Part shown: positions 26,630 through 39,762 of the stretch, piece by piece
How positions within the stretch are numbered: position 1 is the stretch's first letter
How the letters are laid out: each line of letters begins with the position of its first letter
From: Octopus vulgaris
Lineage: Eukaryota
Direction: 5' to 3'
Assembly (NCBI GenBank): GCA_951406725.2
Contig: OX597826.1
Coordinates: forward strand, 52,142,001 to 52,206,000
DNA length: 64,000 nt
Translations under genes and position numbers: made by a program
The notes under the pieces: model-generated
What the model saw: the letters and a program-made list of their open reading frames with translations, nothing else
What the model was told of the DNA's origin: nothing
The model's database searches: none

Positions 26630-27130
26630 GCTTTTGGAGAACTTACGAACGAAATGGAAGAACTCATAATGGGTGCTCAAAGCCAGTCGTTGCGGACGAA
26701 TATCATTAAAATAAAAGTAGACTAATCTTCCAAAAAGTGTAAAGTGCAGGGTATGTAATGAGAAAGAGGAATCCATTAAGCATATAATGAGTTCCTGTTG
26801 TCCTTTGGCACGGAATGAATATAGATGTAGACTCGACTGTGTGGCCAAGGCTACACTGGGACATGTTGCGGCAAAGTGGATTTAAGGCAAGAAGAAAATG
26901 GTACAAACATCAACTAGAAAAATTTAATAAAGAACGACCAGTATATTTTATGGGCTTTTAATGTTCAGACTGAGCACGAAATTCAGGCCAGGCGACCAGA
27001 TATTATCGTTCTGGACAAGGAGGAAAATGTGTGTATCATGATCTAAGACATAAATGTAGCGGTCAAAGACCAGGAGAAAATAGGAAAAAAAACAAGATTT
27101 AGCTTGGGAAATTCGAAGACTGTAGAGGGT
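26630..27130 (+). mobile_element. R4/Dong-like non-LTR fragment (CCHC knuckle and PD-(D/E)xK endonuclease)
   Basis: CRVCNEKEESIKHIMSSC..LA...KWYKH...VQTEHEIQARRPDIIVLDK; frameshifted. Confidence 0.75.
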
Positions 27131-27700
27131 TTTTACAGAAGTAATCCCAATTTTGGCACAAGCACAACAATTTAGCGGGAGTGCTTTAGTCGATTTCATC
27201 GAACCCAGTAGTTGACTGGTACTTTATTTTGTAAACCACAGAAAGGATGACAATTTTGATAAACATCGGTGGCGGAACATTTTGTTTAGTTTCTCAAATG
27301 GCGAAAGGTTTCCACCACTTAAAAAAATATTCTATACTAAGGGACACTTCATCTAAAATACAAATAACTTTATAAAGTTACAAAAAAATTATTTGAGTGC
27401 ATTCCTACCTAACACAGGCATGAAGGTTGAAATATGAGGGGTGAAGTAATTGACTACATTGATCTTAGTACTTGGTTCGTATTTTTGTCGACCTTAGAAT
27501 AATGAAAAGCAAAGTTCACTTCGGTAGAATTTACGTGGCACTTTGGGCAAGTGTTTTCCACTACGACCTCGGGCCGACAATAGATTTGTGAGTGGATATG
27601 GTAGACAGAAACAGAAAGAAACCTGACTTATACATACATACATACATACATACATACATACATACATACATACATACATACTTACATACATACATACATA

Positions 27701-28245
27701 AGCAGATGTTAATATAAAACTGAAGATCGGTGAAAATGAGAACACCTATGCTGAACTATTGAGAAATCTGTGATTACTCGATCCTGATTACAAGTTCAGG
27801 TTTATACCTGTAGTTATTGGGGCCCTGGGATATACAACACACTGCCTAAATACCAGTTTTGGGAAATTAGGCTTCTCAAAACCAAAAAGGAGAAAGCTAA
27901 TTCGAGGACTACAGATCCAATTCATCACTAGAACTGTAAATATCTGTAAAACTTTCCAGAAATTTATCATTTAAATATATGAGCATGTCTAGATATGCAA
28001 CTATATGAATGAGAATACATATATAAAACATACAAATCTGTACATACATACATGCATGCATGCATACATACATACATACATACATACATACATACATACA
28101 TACATACATACATACATGCATACATATAAATAAACAAAAATACCCTGTTGTTGATGTTGAAATTCCAATGAAGGAGCCTTGGATCTAGGTTACAAACTGG
28201 TTCTTTCTCTATTGGCAAGAAATCTTGAAATAAACTGAATAATGA
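27701..28245 (+). mobile_element. 5'-truncated RLE-type LINE between (TACA)n tracts (copy 1)
   Basis: ADVNIKLKIGENENTYAELLRNL*LLDPDYKFRFIPVVIGALG; 3' UTR ends TAAACTGAATAATGA-CATACATAC. Confidence 0.75.
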
Positions 28246-28259
28246 CATACATACATGCA

Positions 28260-29068
28260 TACCTGATGCACAAAAGGGACAGAGACGCAGGGATAACACT
28301 GAAATACTATAACCGATGCAGACTTTGTGGACTTAACACAGAAGATATCACCCTTATCATAAGCAGTTGTCGAAAATATCATCATAGTTTATCTACTAAA
28401 GAGATATGATGTTATAGCTAAGACACAGTATAATGAGATCCAGCTGAAGGATAACCCAGTGGCCAAAGAAATAAGAGCCCACAGTATGGTAGAAGCCATA
28501 GCTACTCATAATAAGAAAGATTATTGGTGGAATGTCCCAGTGAAAACCTCAATAAAATGTAAACATAATAAGTCTGACATAGTTATTTGGGTTTGAGAAA
28601 AGAAACTATGTACAGTTGTGGAAATCAGCTGCCCAGCAGATATTAACGTAAATCTAATGATCATCGAAAAAGAAAATAGCTACACTAAACTATTGAGAAA
28701 TCTACAGTTACTCTATCCAGATTACAAGTACTAATCTTGATTACTAAGTGTTAATCTTGAGAAATTAAGCTTCTCAAAACTAGCAAGGAGGAAGCCGATT
28801 CGAAGACTACAGATTCAGGCCATCGCTAAAATCTATAGAACTTACTATAGGTTTGTTATTTAAGTATATAAGCGTGTCTAGACATGCAACTATATGCATG
28901 AGAATACATACACAAAATAAAACATACAAATCTGCACATATACATACATACATACATACAAGAATACCCTGCTGATGTTGAAATTCTATTGAAGGAGGCT
29001 TGAATCTAGATTAGAGGCTGGCTCTTTCTGTATTGGCAAGAACTCTTGAAATAAAACTGAATAATGAC
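28260..29068 (+). mobile_element. RLE-type LINE between (TACA)n tracts (copy 2, longer)
   Basis: YNRCRLCGLNTEDITLIISSC...YWWNVPVKTSIKCKHNKSDIVIW..VVEISCPADINV; same 3' UTR as copy 1. Confidence 0.8.
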
Positions 29069-29452
29069 ATATACACACACATATGCGCACGCACTTGTGC
29101 ATGCACATATGTAATTGTGTTTGAATTCGTGTCCTTATCTGTCCCAACTAGCACTTGATGACTGGTGCTGGCTTTGTCAAACCCATAACTTAGAGGTTCT
29201 GAAAGAGACACCAACAGAACAAGTACCAGATTTAAAAAAAGTATTGCAACTGATTTGCTCAAATAAAGTTCTTCAAGTCGTCTCTCCAACAGAATGGATG
29301 TCTAATAATTGAAGGCAGTAAAAATAAATGCTACATATAAGATACAGTGTATATTCCGCACAAAATATTTGCAGTAATATAGTTTTGAAATTTGTTATTT
29401 GTAATAACAAAATTCCCTATGACTGTATGTATGTATGTATGTCTCTCTCTCC

Positions 29453-29500
<48 letters not shown>

Positions 29501-29528
29501 CATACACACACATGTACATGCATACACA

Positions 29529-29577
<49 letters not shown>

Positions 29578-30081
29578 GTGTGTGTATGTATGTATATATA
29601 TAAATATATATACTTTTATCTATCTATCTATCTATCTATATATATATATATATGTATCTGTAAACATTGATTTCTATCAAAAGATTGGGGAAGAGAGCTC
29701 AATACATGTTAAGGGATACAGTATCTTATATTTGAAATGAATCTTTTTGCACTACAGCACAACAACCAGAAGTAAACACAGATGTATATATAATTTAGTT
29801 TCCATTAATATTTTTAATTAATATTATAGTGCTAGTGCTAGTAATCAGCATATGGTTAGCTGAAAATGGTTAATATACATTATTGTCTGCATACTACGTT
29901 TCATATTCTTGTCAAAAAGATTTAAAAATAGAGAAGAAAAAACTCTAACTCAGAAACCAAATCTTGCGTTTGCTTGTCAAAACTTGATGTAAAGATGGCT
30001 TGAGGGAAGTTAACTGACGTTAACGTGGGAAATATTGCAAATATTCAGCCGTCAGCTATGTAACAGTAATAGCAAATATAG

Positions 30082-30332
30082 TAATGATAATAATAATAAT
30101 AATAATAACAAAAACAACAATAATAATAATAATAATGATGATGATGATGATAATAATGATAATAATAATAATGATGATGATGATGATTATAATAATAATA
30201 ATAATAATGATGATGATGATAATAATAATAATAATAATGATGATAATGATGATGATAATAATAATGATGATAATGATGATAATAATAATAATAATGATGA
30301 TAATGATGATAATAATAATAATGATAATGATG

Positions 30333-30384
<52 letters not shown>

Positions 30385-30500
30385 TAATAATGATAATAAT
30401 AATAATGATAATAATAATAATAATAATAATAATGATAATAATAATAATAATAATGATAATAATAATAATAATAATGATGGCATGAACTGCTCTCTCACTC

Positions 30501-30538
<38 letters not shown>

Positions 30539-30560
30539 TGATGATGATGATGATGATGAT
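30082..30560. repeat. Long compound (AAT/GAT)n microsatellite
   Basis: Read directly; further (AAT)n at 31271-31488. Confidence 0.97.
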
Positions 30561-31270
30561 TGTTTAATAACAATGCCTTGCTGTAAAAGATGTACTACAG
30601 GAAATATTCTGCTCAATACTGCAGATTTGCTTGTCAGTTGCTTGGCCTTTAACCAGTTTAGCATGTCCCTTAATAACTGAAAGTATGTGCATCACTGGTC
30701 ATGAGCAAGAGTAGCTGAGAGCATCATAGCCATGTGTTGAGAAGAATTCTTTGTGGTTTGAATAATTCACCCTTGAAAACATGGGCATTCTATTCATTAA
30801 TCTTAAACAAATCTTATTTAGGGACTTTTTGAACAGAATGGGCTACTTGACCAACTAGGCCCCACCTACAGGGTCATGTGCTGTTTATCTAGATTAGAGA
30901 TCATCATGTCACGCACCTGTAGTTGTGATGCATGCGTCTGTTGTACCCTTATCAGACAGGTAGTCATGATGGGTATGTTGGGCCTCATATATTTGTACCC
31001 CAGTGTCACTTTGATGGCATGTGCTGCTCTCTATCTTAATAATAATAATGATAATACTACTACTAATAATAATAATAATAATAATAATCCTTTCTACAAT
31101 AGGCATAAGGCCTGAAATTTGGGGGAGGGGGAGAGTCGATTACATCAGCTCCTGTACTCAACAAGTACTTCTTTTATCGACCCCAAAAGGATGAAAGGCA
31201 AAGTTGACCTTGGCAAAATTTGAACTCAGAACATAAAGACAGAGAAATGCCGCTAAACATTTTGCCCGGC

Positions 31271-31329
<59 letters not shown>

Positions 31330-31336
31330 GATAATA

Positions 31337-31377
<41 letters not shown>

Positions 31378-31452
31378 TATAATAATAGTAATAATAATAA
31401 TAATAATAGTAATAATAATAGTAATAATAATAATAATAATGATAATAATAAC

Positions 31453-31488
<36 letters not shown>

Positions 31489-33054
31489 CCTTTCTAACAA
31501 AGGTACAAAGTCTGAAATTTTGGAGGAGAGGATTAGTCGATTACATCGATCCCAGTGTTACACTGATACTTAATTCATTGACTTCAAAAGAATGAAAAGC
31601 AAAGTTTCAATATCATGCTGACCACCAAGAGCACTAGTATCCACCCAACTGTCATTCTCCAATCTTTGTGCCCATTTTTTAAAGTAATTCACTGGAGGAG
31701 AGCACATTCTTCACTGCTCATAATTTCCTGTTGTAGTCTCATCTCTCCTGCTCAATCAGCACTTCATCTGGATTGCCACTGCATATTTTCTGTAAGGTTT
31801 CATCAATTCTTCATTGACCTCCTCAGTGGTTGTGATATTCATTTCATTTGTGCAGGAAATGGATCCCTCAGAAGATGAACTCTCTTTTATAAGAGATTAG
31901 CTTCTTTTCCCGAGAGAAGGCTGTTTCATTGGGGAGAGATTCCTCACTGGAAGGTATACTCCTCATATCATTTTAAAGACTTTTCGGTTGCTGTTTTCGC
32001 TTTTGTGGGAGGTCACTTTGGTTTTTGAAAGTCAGCTATCTTCTGTTTAGTTCCCATGCTCTTAAGTGGTTATTTAAATGTTGTTGTCAGGAGTGACTTC
32101 TTGCTGATCTAGTTTACATTATTTTTGCTGTTTTATTGAGTGTCTTGGATCTCTCAGTTACTTTCTGACAATGAGAATGGTTGAAGCTTTGATGACCCCC
32201 AGAGTTATTCCTAGTGTCATCTTATGCTTCAGTGTCACCTTTGGAGCTGCATCCTCCACTATATGTTTCACTAGTTATTCTGTCTTAGTGGTCCTTCTGA
32301 GCAGAAAGCTCTTGAATGGCTTTTATTGCTACATGTATCACAGCAGGGCATTCTGAGCTTCCTCTCTACAGTCTCAAGAGGTCACATCTCTGTTATAGTT
32401 TTGTGAGCTTCCCGTTTCATGAGGACTTGTATATCCATGGTGACTACACCAAACCACATTTCATCAAAAGTTACATTAGAACTGAACTTAAGCCCATGAA
32501 AGTGACTTGACACAAGGTTCTATCCTTGATGGTAACTCTTGTGTTTCTCATTCCCTAAATGTTGTTTATATGTATGTATGTCATCTACAGTTTCAAGCCT
32601 GCACTTTAGCTGTATCCTGTTTAGCAAATGGCATATATGGTGCCATATGCCCTTCCTCTCACTATAAAGGATATTTCAGTTAATATATCTACCAAATGTG
32701 TCTTCAAATCTTCTTTGGATAGAACAAGTAAACCCACTTTTGGACTTAGAAAAGCATAAGTACATTAATTTCTTTCTCTCATGCAACCCTGTGATAGACT
32801 CTGGCAGCTGGAGGTTGTCTTGTGAACAATATGCAGTCATGCATTAGTTCTTTCGGGAAATTGGTTCATATGGAAAACTTCCTTGTTTGAATGTATACAT
32901 GCAAACTATGGGGCATAGTTAGTTCCCACCACTCTTTCATTCTACGGAGTACACCTATACTATAATAATAAAAATAATATTGATGATGATGATGATAATA
33001 ATAATAATAATAATAATAGCAACAACAACATCAACAACAACAACAATAATAAGT

Positions 33055-33215
33055 ATTTCAAAATGAAGGTAAAAACAGTACCAATAATAATTGGAGCATC
33101 GGGTATGATAAGAATCAAATGAATAAAAATGTAGAAGCTATACCTGGATCCTCAACATTGCACACTGCCCCAAAAAACAGCCCACATCCTGCGCAAGACA
33201 CTATCAATCCAATAA
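33055..33215 (+). mobile_element. RLE-type LINE 3' fragment
   Basis: KMKVKTVPIIIGASGMI...IPGS...TAHILRKTLSIQ*; follows (AAT/AAC)n. Confidence 0.6.
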
Positions 33216-33916
33216 TACAACCTAAACAAAACAACCCACTAACACAAGACACACGCCATACAGCATTTATACAGCATTTACCAAATAAACTCCCACCGGC
33301 AATCCAGAAAACCAAAGCACTACACACTCAGCACACAATAAAAGCAGTTACACAACAAAAGACAGCACCACACCCCAAAGAAAAAAAAGCTAACACAATA
33401 CAGTATCGGGAAGAGCTCGCACACTCTCAACAGCAGAAAAGAGTACACACTGCTGCAAACTCCCCAGCAACATGAAGGTGCAGAAGATGATGCAGTAGAA
33501 ATCTGCCTCAATCTACCAAATATTGAACAGTTATATAATAATAACACAAGTACCAGGCCTGAGATTTCATGGGAAAAGCTTAGTCAATTAAATTGAACCT
33601 AGTTTTTGACTGGTATTTGACCTTGTTTTATTGACCCTAGTTTTTGACTGGTATTTGACCTTGTTTTATTGACCCTAGAAGTATGAAAAGCAAAGCTGAT
33701 CTCACCATGTTTTAGATTTAAAATGCAAAGAGGTGAAAGAAATGCCACAAGACATTTTCTCTACGGCTCAAACAATCCTGGTAACCAACCACACTAAACA
33801 TTTTAAAAATGCAGGGTATTATACCAAGTCAATTACATTACTGGTACTTTATTTTATTGACCCTAGAGGAATGGAAAAGAAAATTGTACACAGCATAATG
33901 TGAACTCAGAGTTTAA

Positions 33917-34135
33917 CCCTTTCGTTACTGTATTTATTTTGAGATGCTCTGTGTCTCTTTCAATTCCTTTAAATATAACAAAGAATTTAGTAAACTAACT
34001 TAGTTATCATTGAGTTAGTGTTAGGAACATAAATTGTGACTAAGGTTTGGTGGAAGATTTTAATTCAGAACATATGAAAGCAAGATATTTGTACTAGAGC
34101 CAGAGCTGGTTTCAGCCGGGTTGGTAATGAAAGGG
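33917..34135. mobile_element. piggyBac-type MITE inserted in a SINE
   Basis: TTAA|CCCTTTCGTTAC ... GTAATGAAAGGG|TTAA. Confidence 0.88.
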
Positions 34136-34380
34136 TTAAAGAACAAGGAAAAATATCACAAGGCATATTTTTATGTTATAATGATTCTGCCAAGCCAACA
34201 ACCTTGTCTACAATGATAACAATGTTTTGAATTTTGGTACAAAGCTAGCAATTTTAGCGGGTAGGGAGTTAGTTGATTACGTTGACCTCAGGACTTGATT
34301 AGTATTTTTTGTTATCTACCCTGAAATGATAAAAAGTAAAGCTAGTTGAACTCAAAGTATAAAGAACCTGGAAAAATATT

Positions 34381-34613
34381 TCTTTCTTTACTACCCACAA
34401 GGGGCTAAACTCAGAGGGGACAAACAAGGACAGACAAACGGATTAAGTCGATTATATCGACCCCAGTGTGTAACTGGTACTTATTTAATCAACCCCGAAA
34501 GGATGAAAGGCAAAGTCGACCTCGGCGGAATTTGAACTCAGAATGTAACGGCAGACGAAATACGGCTACGCATTTCGCCCGGTGTGCTAACATTTCAGCC
34601 AGCTCACCACTTT
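34381..34613 (-). mobile_element. Young family-B SINE nested in an older family-B copy
   Basis: TSD TGGAAAAATATT (34369-80, 34614-25). Confidence 0.88.
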
Positions 34614-35126
34614 TGGAAAAATATTGCTAAACATTTTGTCTGAAGCACTAACAATTCAGTAGGTTTACCACTAATATTATTTCATTGTAAAAAGAAGAAA
34701 TGAAATGTTATTCTTATCCATTTTTAGCTATCCATTATTGTTTACAAAGGTGGTGTCTAATATTTAATGATTTCTGAATGATCAATATTAAAAAAACAAT
34801 TGTAATATTAAGTAGAACTCAAGCATATTCAATAAAGATTTTAAGTCATATCTCTTTCCATCAAAACTGTAACATAACCAGCTCCTGAACATATTTTTCA
34901 CAATGGCAAATGGCTGTAATAAGTAATCTCCCCTTTGCTCTTAAACAATATTTTTTTTTTTTTGTTAATAATATTTCACTTAATTTGTGAGATTAAATAA
35001 ACACTAAAGAGACTAGGCCTAAATTATTTTAACAAAATGTTTCTAAAACTGATTGTATTTTTAATTGAGAAATCAAATCCATTTCTTACCTGATAGCTTC
35101 TTGGTAGGTGAGCTTCTATGTTGCTT

Positions 35127-35150
35127 CAAAATGGCTGTTGCTATAGCAAC
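35127..35150. promoter_or_regulatory. Overlapping YY1-like motif and palindromic RFX X-box
   Basis: CAAAATGGCTG (35127-37) and GTTGCTATAGCAAC (35137-50); consensus - strand donor CAG|GTAAGA at 35090/35089. Confidence 0.45.
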
Positions 35151-35584
35151 CAAAGCTACTTTGCTCTTTCAACACAAATTCCTTCAAATCTTTCCTGTGA
35201 TTTTTCTTTTCTCTCCTTCTTTTCTCAATATTCTCAAACATGTAAATATGACTGGATTAACATAGTTAAATAAATCCATATAGGAGTTGGAGTGGCTGTG
35301 TGGTAAGAAGCTTGCTTGCCAATCACATGGTTCTTGGTTCAGTCCTACTGTGGCATCTTGCGCAAGTGTCTTCTACTATAGCCTCGCGCTGACTAAAGTC
35401 TTGTGAGTGGATTTGATAGACGGAATCTGAAAGAAGTTGTTTACTGCTGGCGATGTCCTGTACCCAGATATGTATATGTACCCAGATATGTATATGTATA
35501 TATATATAATATATATATATATATAAATATATATTATTTATATATACATACATATATTCATATATATATATATATATATATATA

Positions 35585-35633
<49 letters not shown>

Positions 35634-35825
35634 GAATATCTGCATTTATATCTATCTATCTATCTATCTATATATATATATATAATATATATAAATATAT
35701 AATCTATATACATCTATATCTATATATATATATATATATGTGCATTTATATCTATATCTCTCTATCTCTCTATCTCGCTATATATATGTGTGTGCGTATA
35801 AATATGTGCATTTATATCTATATCT

Positions 35826-35894
<69 letters not shown>

Positions 35895-36040
35895 CATATA
35901 AATATGTGCATTTATATCTATATATATATATACACATATATATATGTATATATTTATTTATATATATGCATTTATACATATATATGTATTTATATGTGTG
36001 TGTGTGTGTGCACATGTCTGTCTGTGTGTGTATTTATATA

Positions 36041-36444
36041 CTCTTTTAGTCTTTTACTTGTTTCAGTCATTTGACTGTGGCCATGTGGAGCTCTGCCTTT
36101 AGTCGAGCAATCGACCCCGGGACTTATTCTTTGTAAGCCCAGTACTTATTCTATCGGTCTCTTTTGCCGAACCGCTAAGTGGCAGGGACGTAAACACACC
36201 AGCATCGGTTGTCAAGCAATGCTAGGGGGACAAACACAGACACACAAACACACACATACATATATATATATACATATATACGACAGGCTTCTTTCAGTTT
36301 CTGTCTACCAAATCCACTCACAAGGCATTGGTCGGCCCGGGGCTATAGCAGAAGACACTTGCCCAAGATGCCACTCAGTGGGACTGAACCCGGAACCATG
36401 TGGTTGGTTAGCAAGCTACTTACCACACAGCCACTCCTGTGCCT
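36041..36444 (-). mobile_element. Full-length family-A SINE
   Basis: Reverse complement of the 13909 and 37908 copies. Confidence 0.9.
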
Positions 36445-37204
36445 ATATATACATATTATATATGTATATTTTTATTATTATTGATGAACTTGATAAGTGC
36501 CAATGCATGAAGCCCTCAGACCTTGTGTCATTCTGTTGCTTCTACTAAATAATAATAAAAATATACATATACTCATATTATGAGTTCTAATTTTCCTGTT
36601 TGCTTCACCATACCTATATTATATACCTCTATCTTCCCCTCTTTCTCTCTCTTCCTCTCCCCCTCTCTCTCTCTCTCTTCCTCTTGCTCTCTTTCTCTTC
36701 TCTCCTTCTCTCTCTGTCACTAGCTGAATAACCATGTTCCTCCTCTCTAGAAAGACACCCGTGTCTGTCTCTCAGTTTCATACTCTAGCCTTTCATCTGA
36801 CACAAGATCACCCCCTTCAATGCACCTTACCTGCTCAAAATTCCTTGTCTTGCAAGTTACATGGTGACCCTGTTGGCACTGCTGCCAAGTAAAATGCATC
36901 CAGTCCTCACTGTAAACTGGTTGGCATTTGGAAGGCCATACAGCTGTAAAAATCATGCTAAAACCGACTTTGCCTTTGTTGGGACCACATAAACAGCACT
37001 GAGTCCACTCTGCAGAGCGGTTGGTGTTAGAAAGTGTGTCCAGCCGCAAAAAACTTTGCCAAAACTGATTCAGTAGCCTGGAGTAGTCTTCTACCTGGCT
37101 GACACTTGTCAACCGTCCTACCCATTCATGCATGCAAGATAGGTGTTAAATGATGATGATATGTGTGTGTGTGTGCACATGCGCATCCGTATGTATGTAT
37201 ATGA

Positions 37205-37435
37205 AGACAGCGAGCTGGCAGAAACGTTAGCACGCCGGGCGAGATGCGTAGCCGTATTTCGTCTGTTGTTACGTTCAGAGTTCAAATTCCGTCGAGGTCG
37301 ACTTTGCCTTTCATCCTTTCAGGGTCGATAAATTAAGTACCAGTTACGCAGTGGGGTCGATGTAATCGACTTAATCCCTTTGTCTGTCCTTGTTTGTTCC
37401 TTCTGTGTTTAGCCCCTTGTGGTTAGTAAAGAAAC
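37205..37435 (+). mobile_element. Family-B SINE
   Basis: GAGCTGGCAGAAACGTTAGCACGCCGGG head and Nin-like core. Confidence 0.88.
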
Positions 37436-37599
<164 letters not shown>

Positions 37600-37907
37600 A
37601 CAGTATCCACCAGACTATTGAATGTTGTTAAATTACTCTGATCACAATATCCTTCACACTGTTTTACCTTTCGAATGATGCCACCTACCTGACTAGGTGA
37701 GCAGGCCAACGTTTCCCTGATTAGAAGGCTATTCTCTTGCAGGATTACCTATTTGTAGCTAAATAGACTAGAGCAACTTGAAATGGAATGTTTTACTCAT
37801 GAACACAATGCACTGACAGATCCAGGAATTGAACCTATGACCTAGTTATCATGAGTGCAACACCCCAAACACTTGGCAGCAAACCTTCATATATATTATA
37901 TATATAT

Positions 37908-38338
37908 AGGTGCAGGAGTGGCTGTGTGGTAAGTAGCTTGCTTACCAGCCACATGGTTCCGGGTTCAGTCCCACTGCGTGGCATCTTGGGCAAGTGTCTT
38001 CTGCTATAGCCTCGGGCCAACCAATGCCTTGTGAGTGGATTTGGTAGACGGAAACTGAAAGAAGCCTGTCATATATATGTATATATATATATATATATGT
38101 ATGTATGCGTGTGTATATGTTTGTGTGTCTGTGTTTGTCTCCCTAGCATTGTTTGACAACCGATGCTAGTGTGTTTATGTCCCCGTTACTTAGCAGTTTG
38201 GCAAAAGAGACCGATAGAATAAGTACTGGGCTTACAAAAGAATAAGTCCCGGGGTCGATTTGCTCAACTAAAGGCGGTGCTCCAGCATGGCTGCAGTCAA
38301 ATAACTGAAACAGGTAAAAGAGTAAAGAGTAAAAGAGT
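37908..38338 (+). mobile_element. Full-length family-A SINE
   Basis: Same structure as the 13909 copy. Confidence 0.9.
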
Positions 38339-39074
38339 ATATATATATATTACATAGATATATATATTATATACATACACACACACACACACTCACACAC
38401 ACACATATCATGCTGTGTATGTAAAATTTATTAAATTGTCTTTAAGTAGAAAGACATATTTACTAACTTGTTGTTTCAGGTTATATTTTGCAAATAAAAT
38501 CATTGACATCTTACTAGAACTTAAGTAAACACTTAATAGACTGCTTAAGAATTATAATCTACTTTTCTGTATATTAAATTTAAACATAAATGGTTACGAT
38601 AAAAGGGGAAAAACAAACATGGCTCATTTTTTTTATATTCCTTTTCCCATTATAGCTTGTCAGCCTCTCTTTATGTTTCAATTTAATATATACGTACCTG
38701 CATATATATGTATACATATGCGTGTGTCTCTGAGTATGTGTTTATGTTCTTAATATATATTAATGTATTCTTTAAACAAACCTAAATTAATAATACAAAA
38801 ACTAAATGCTTCGTTGATCACAGAGGTTGCTTCAAGTTAAATTTAAATAAGTTTAACTTTGGTTGCAAAGATACAAAATGTAGGAGCCAATCCTGTATTG
38901 CACAAAGTGAAAAAGCTAACTTTTCTGACGATGTCAGCTTAGTGAGACACAAAATAGGAATAGCATTCTTGGAAGATTTTATTTGGGTAATGCATATGAA
39001 TGCATCACAAACTAAAAGGCACAACGGTGCAATAAGAGCCAAAATACTTTACTCCTAAAGCTGAAGCTCATCTT

Positions 39075-39305
39075 ATTTCTTTATTGCCCACAAGGGGCTA
39101 AATATAGAGGGAACAAACAAGGACAGACAAAGGGATTAAGTCGATTACATCGACCCCAGTGCATAACTGGTAATTGATTTATCGACCCCGAAAGGATGAA
39201 AGCAAACTCAACCTTGGCGGAATTTGAACTCAGAACGTATTGGCAGACGAAATGCCGCTAAGCATTTTGCCCGGCGTGCTAACGATTCTGCCAGTTTACC
39301 ACCTT
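39075..39305 (-). mobile_element. Family-B SINE
   Basis: Reverse complement of the 37205 copy. Confidence 0.88.
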
Positions 39306-39313
39306 ACAGTTTA

Positions 39314-39347
39314 CAGCAGTTAAGACAAGATCTTGTCTTAACTGCTG
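39314..39347. repeat. Perfect spacer-less 34-bp palindrome
   Basis: CAGCAGTTAAGACAAGA|TCTTGTCTTAACTGCTG. Confidence 0.97.
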
Positions 39348-39539
39348 ACTAAATTCTTGCTTGTGATGTAACACTCTAATCAAATGCAAACCAGTTCTTG
39401 CATCCCCTTTCTGTTGAATCATGTCTTGCATCATATGAAATGTGGAGAATTCCAGGTAGTATTCCTTGATCAAAAATGAGTAAACTCAGTCCCTGTATCT
39501 CAATTGCACATGCATGGAGCTGAGTATATTTTAATCTCA

Positions 39540-39762
39540 TGCAGTAAGGTTTATGTAGGTACCTTGGAGGAGTTTACCTTTCATTGTGTTCATGAGTAAA
39601 ATATTTCATTTCAAGTTGCTTGGGACTACTCATCTACAAATAGGTAATCCTGCAAGAGAATAGCCTTCTAATCAGGGAAACGTTGGCCTGCTCACCTAGT
39701 TAGGTGGGTGGCATCATTTGAAAGGTAAAATTCTCCAAGGTACCTACATAACCCTTACTGCA
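39540..39762. repeat. Hairpin cassette enclosing an inverted copy of 37662-37810
   Basis: Arms 39540-39583/39719-39762. 39582-39730 aligns gap-free (137/149) to the reverse complement of 37662-37810. Confidence 0.9.

Noticed and set aside
31600-32950. Non-repetitive stretch, possibly a decayed retroelement
   Set aside because: No recognisable motif or splice signals that I can support.
38818-39060. Open frames including FSDDVSL...MNASQTK
   Set aside because: At most a faint RT-like relic; too weak to call as a LINE or an exon.
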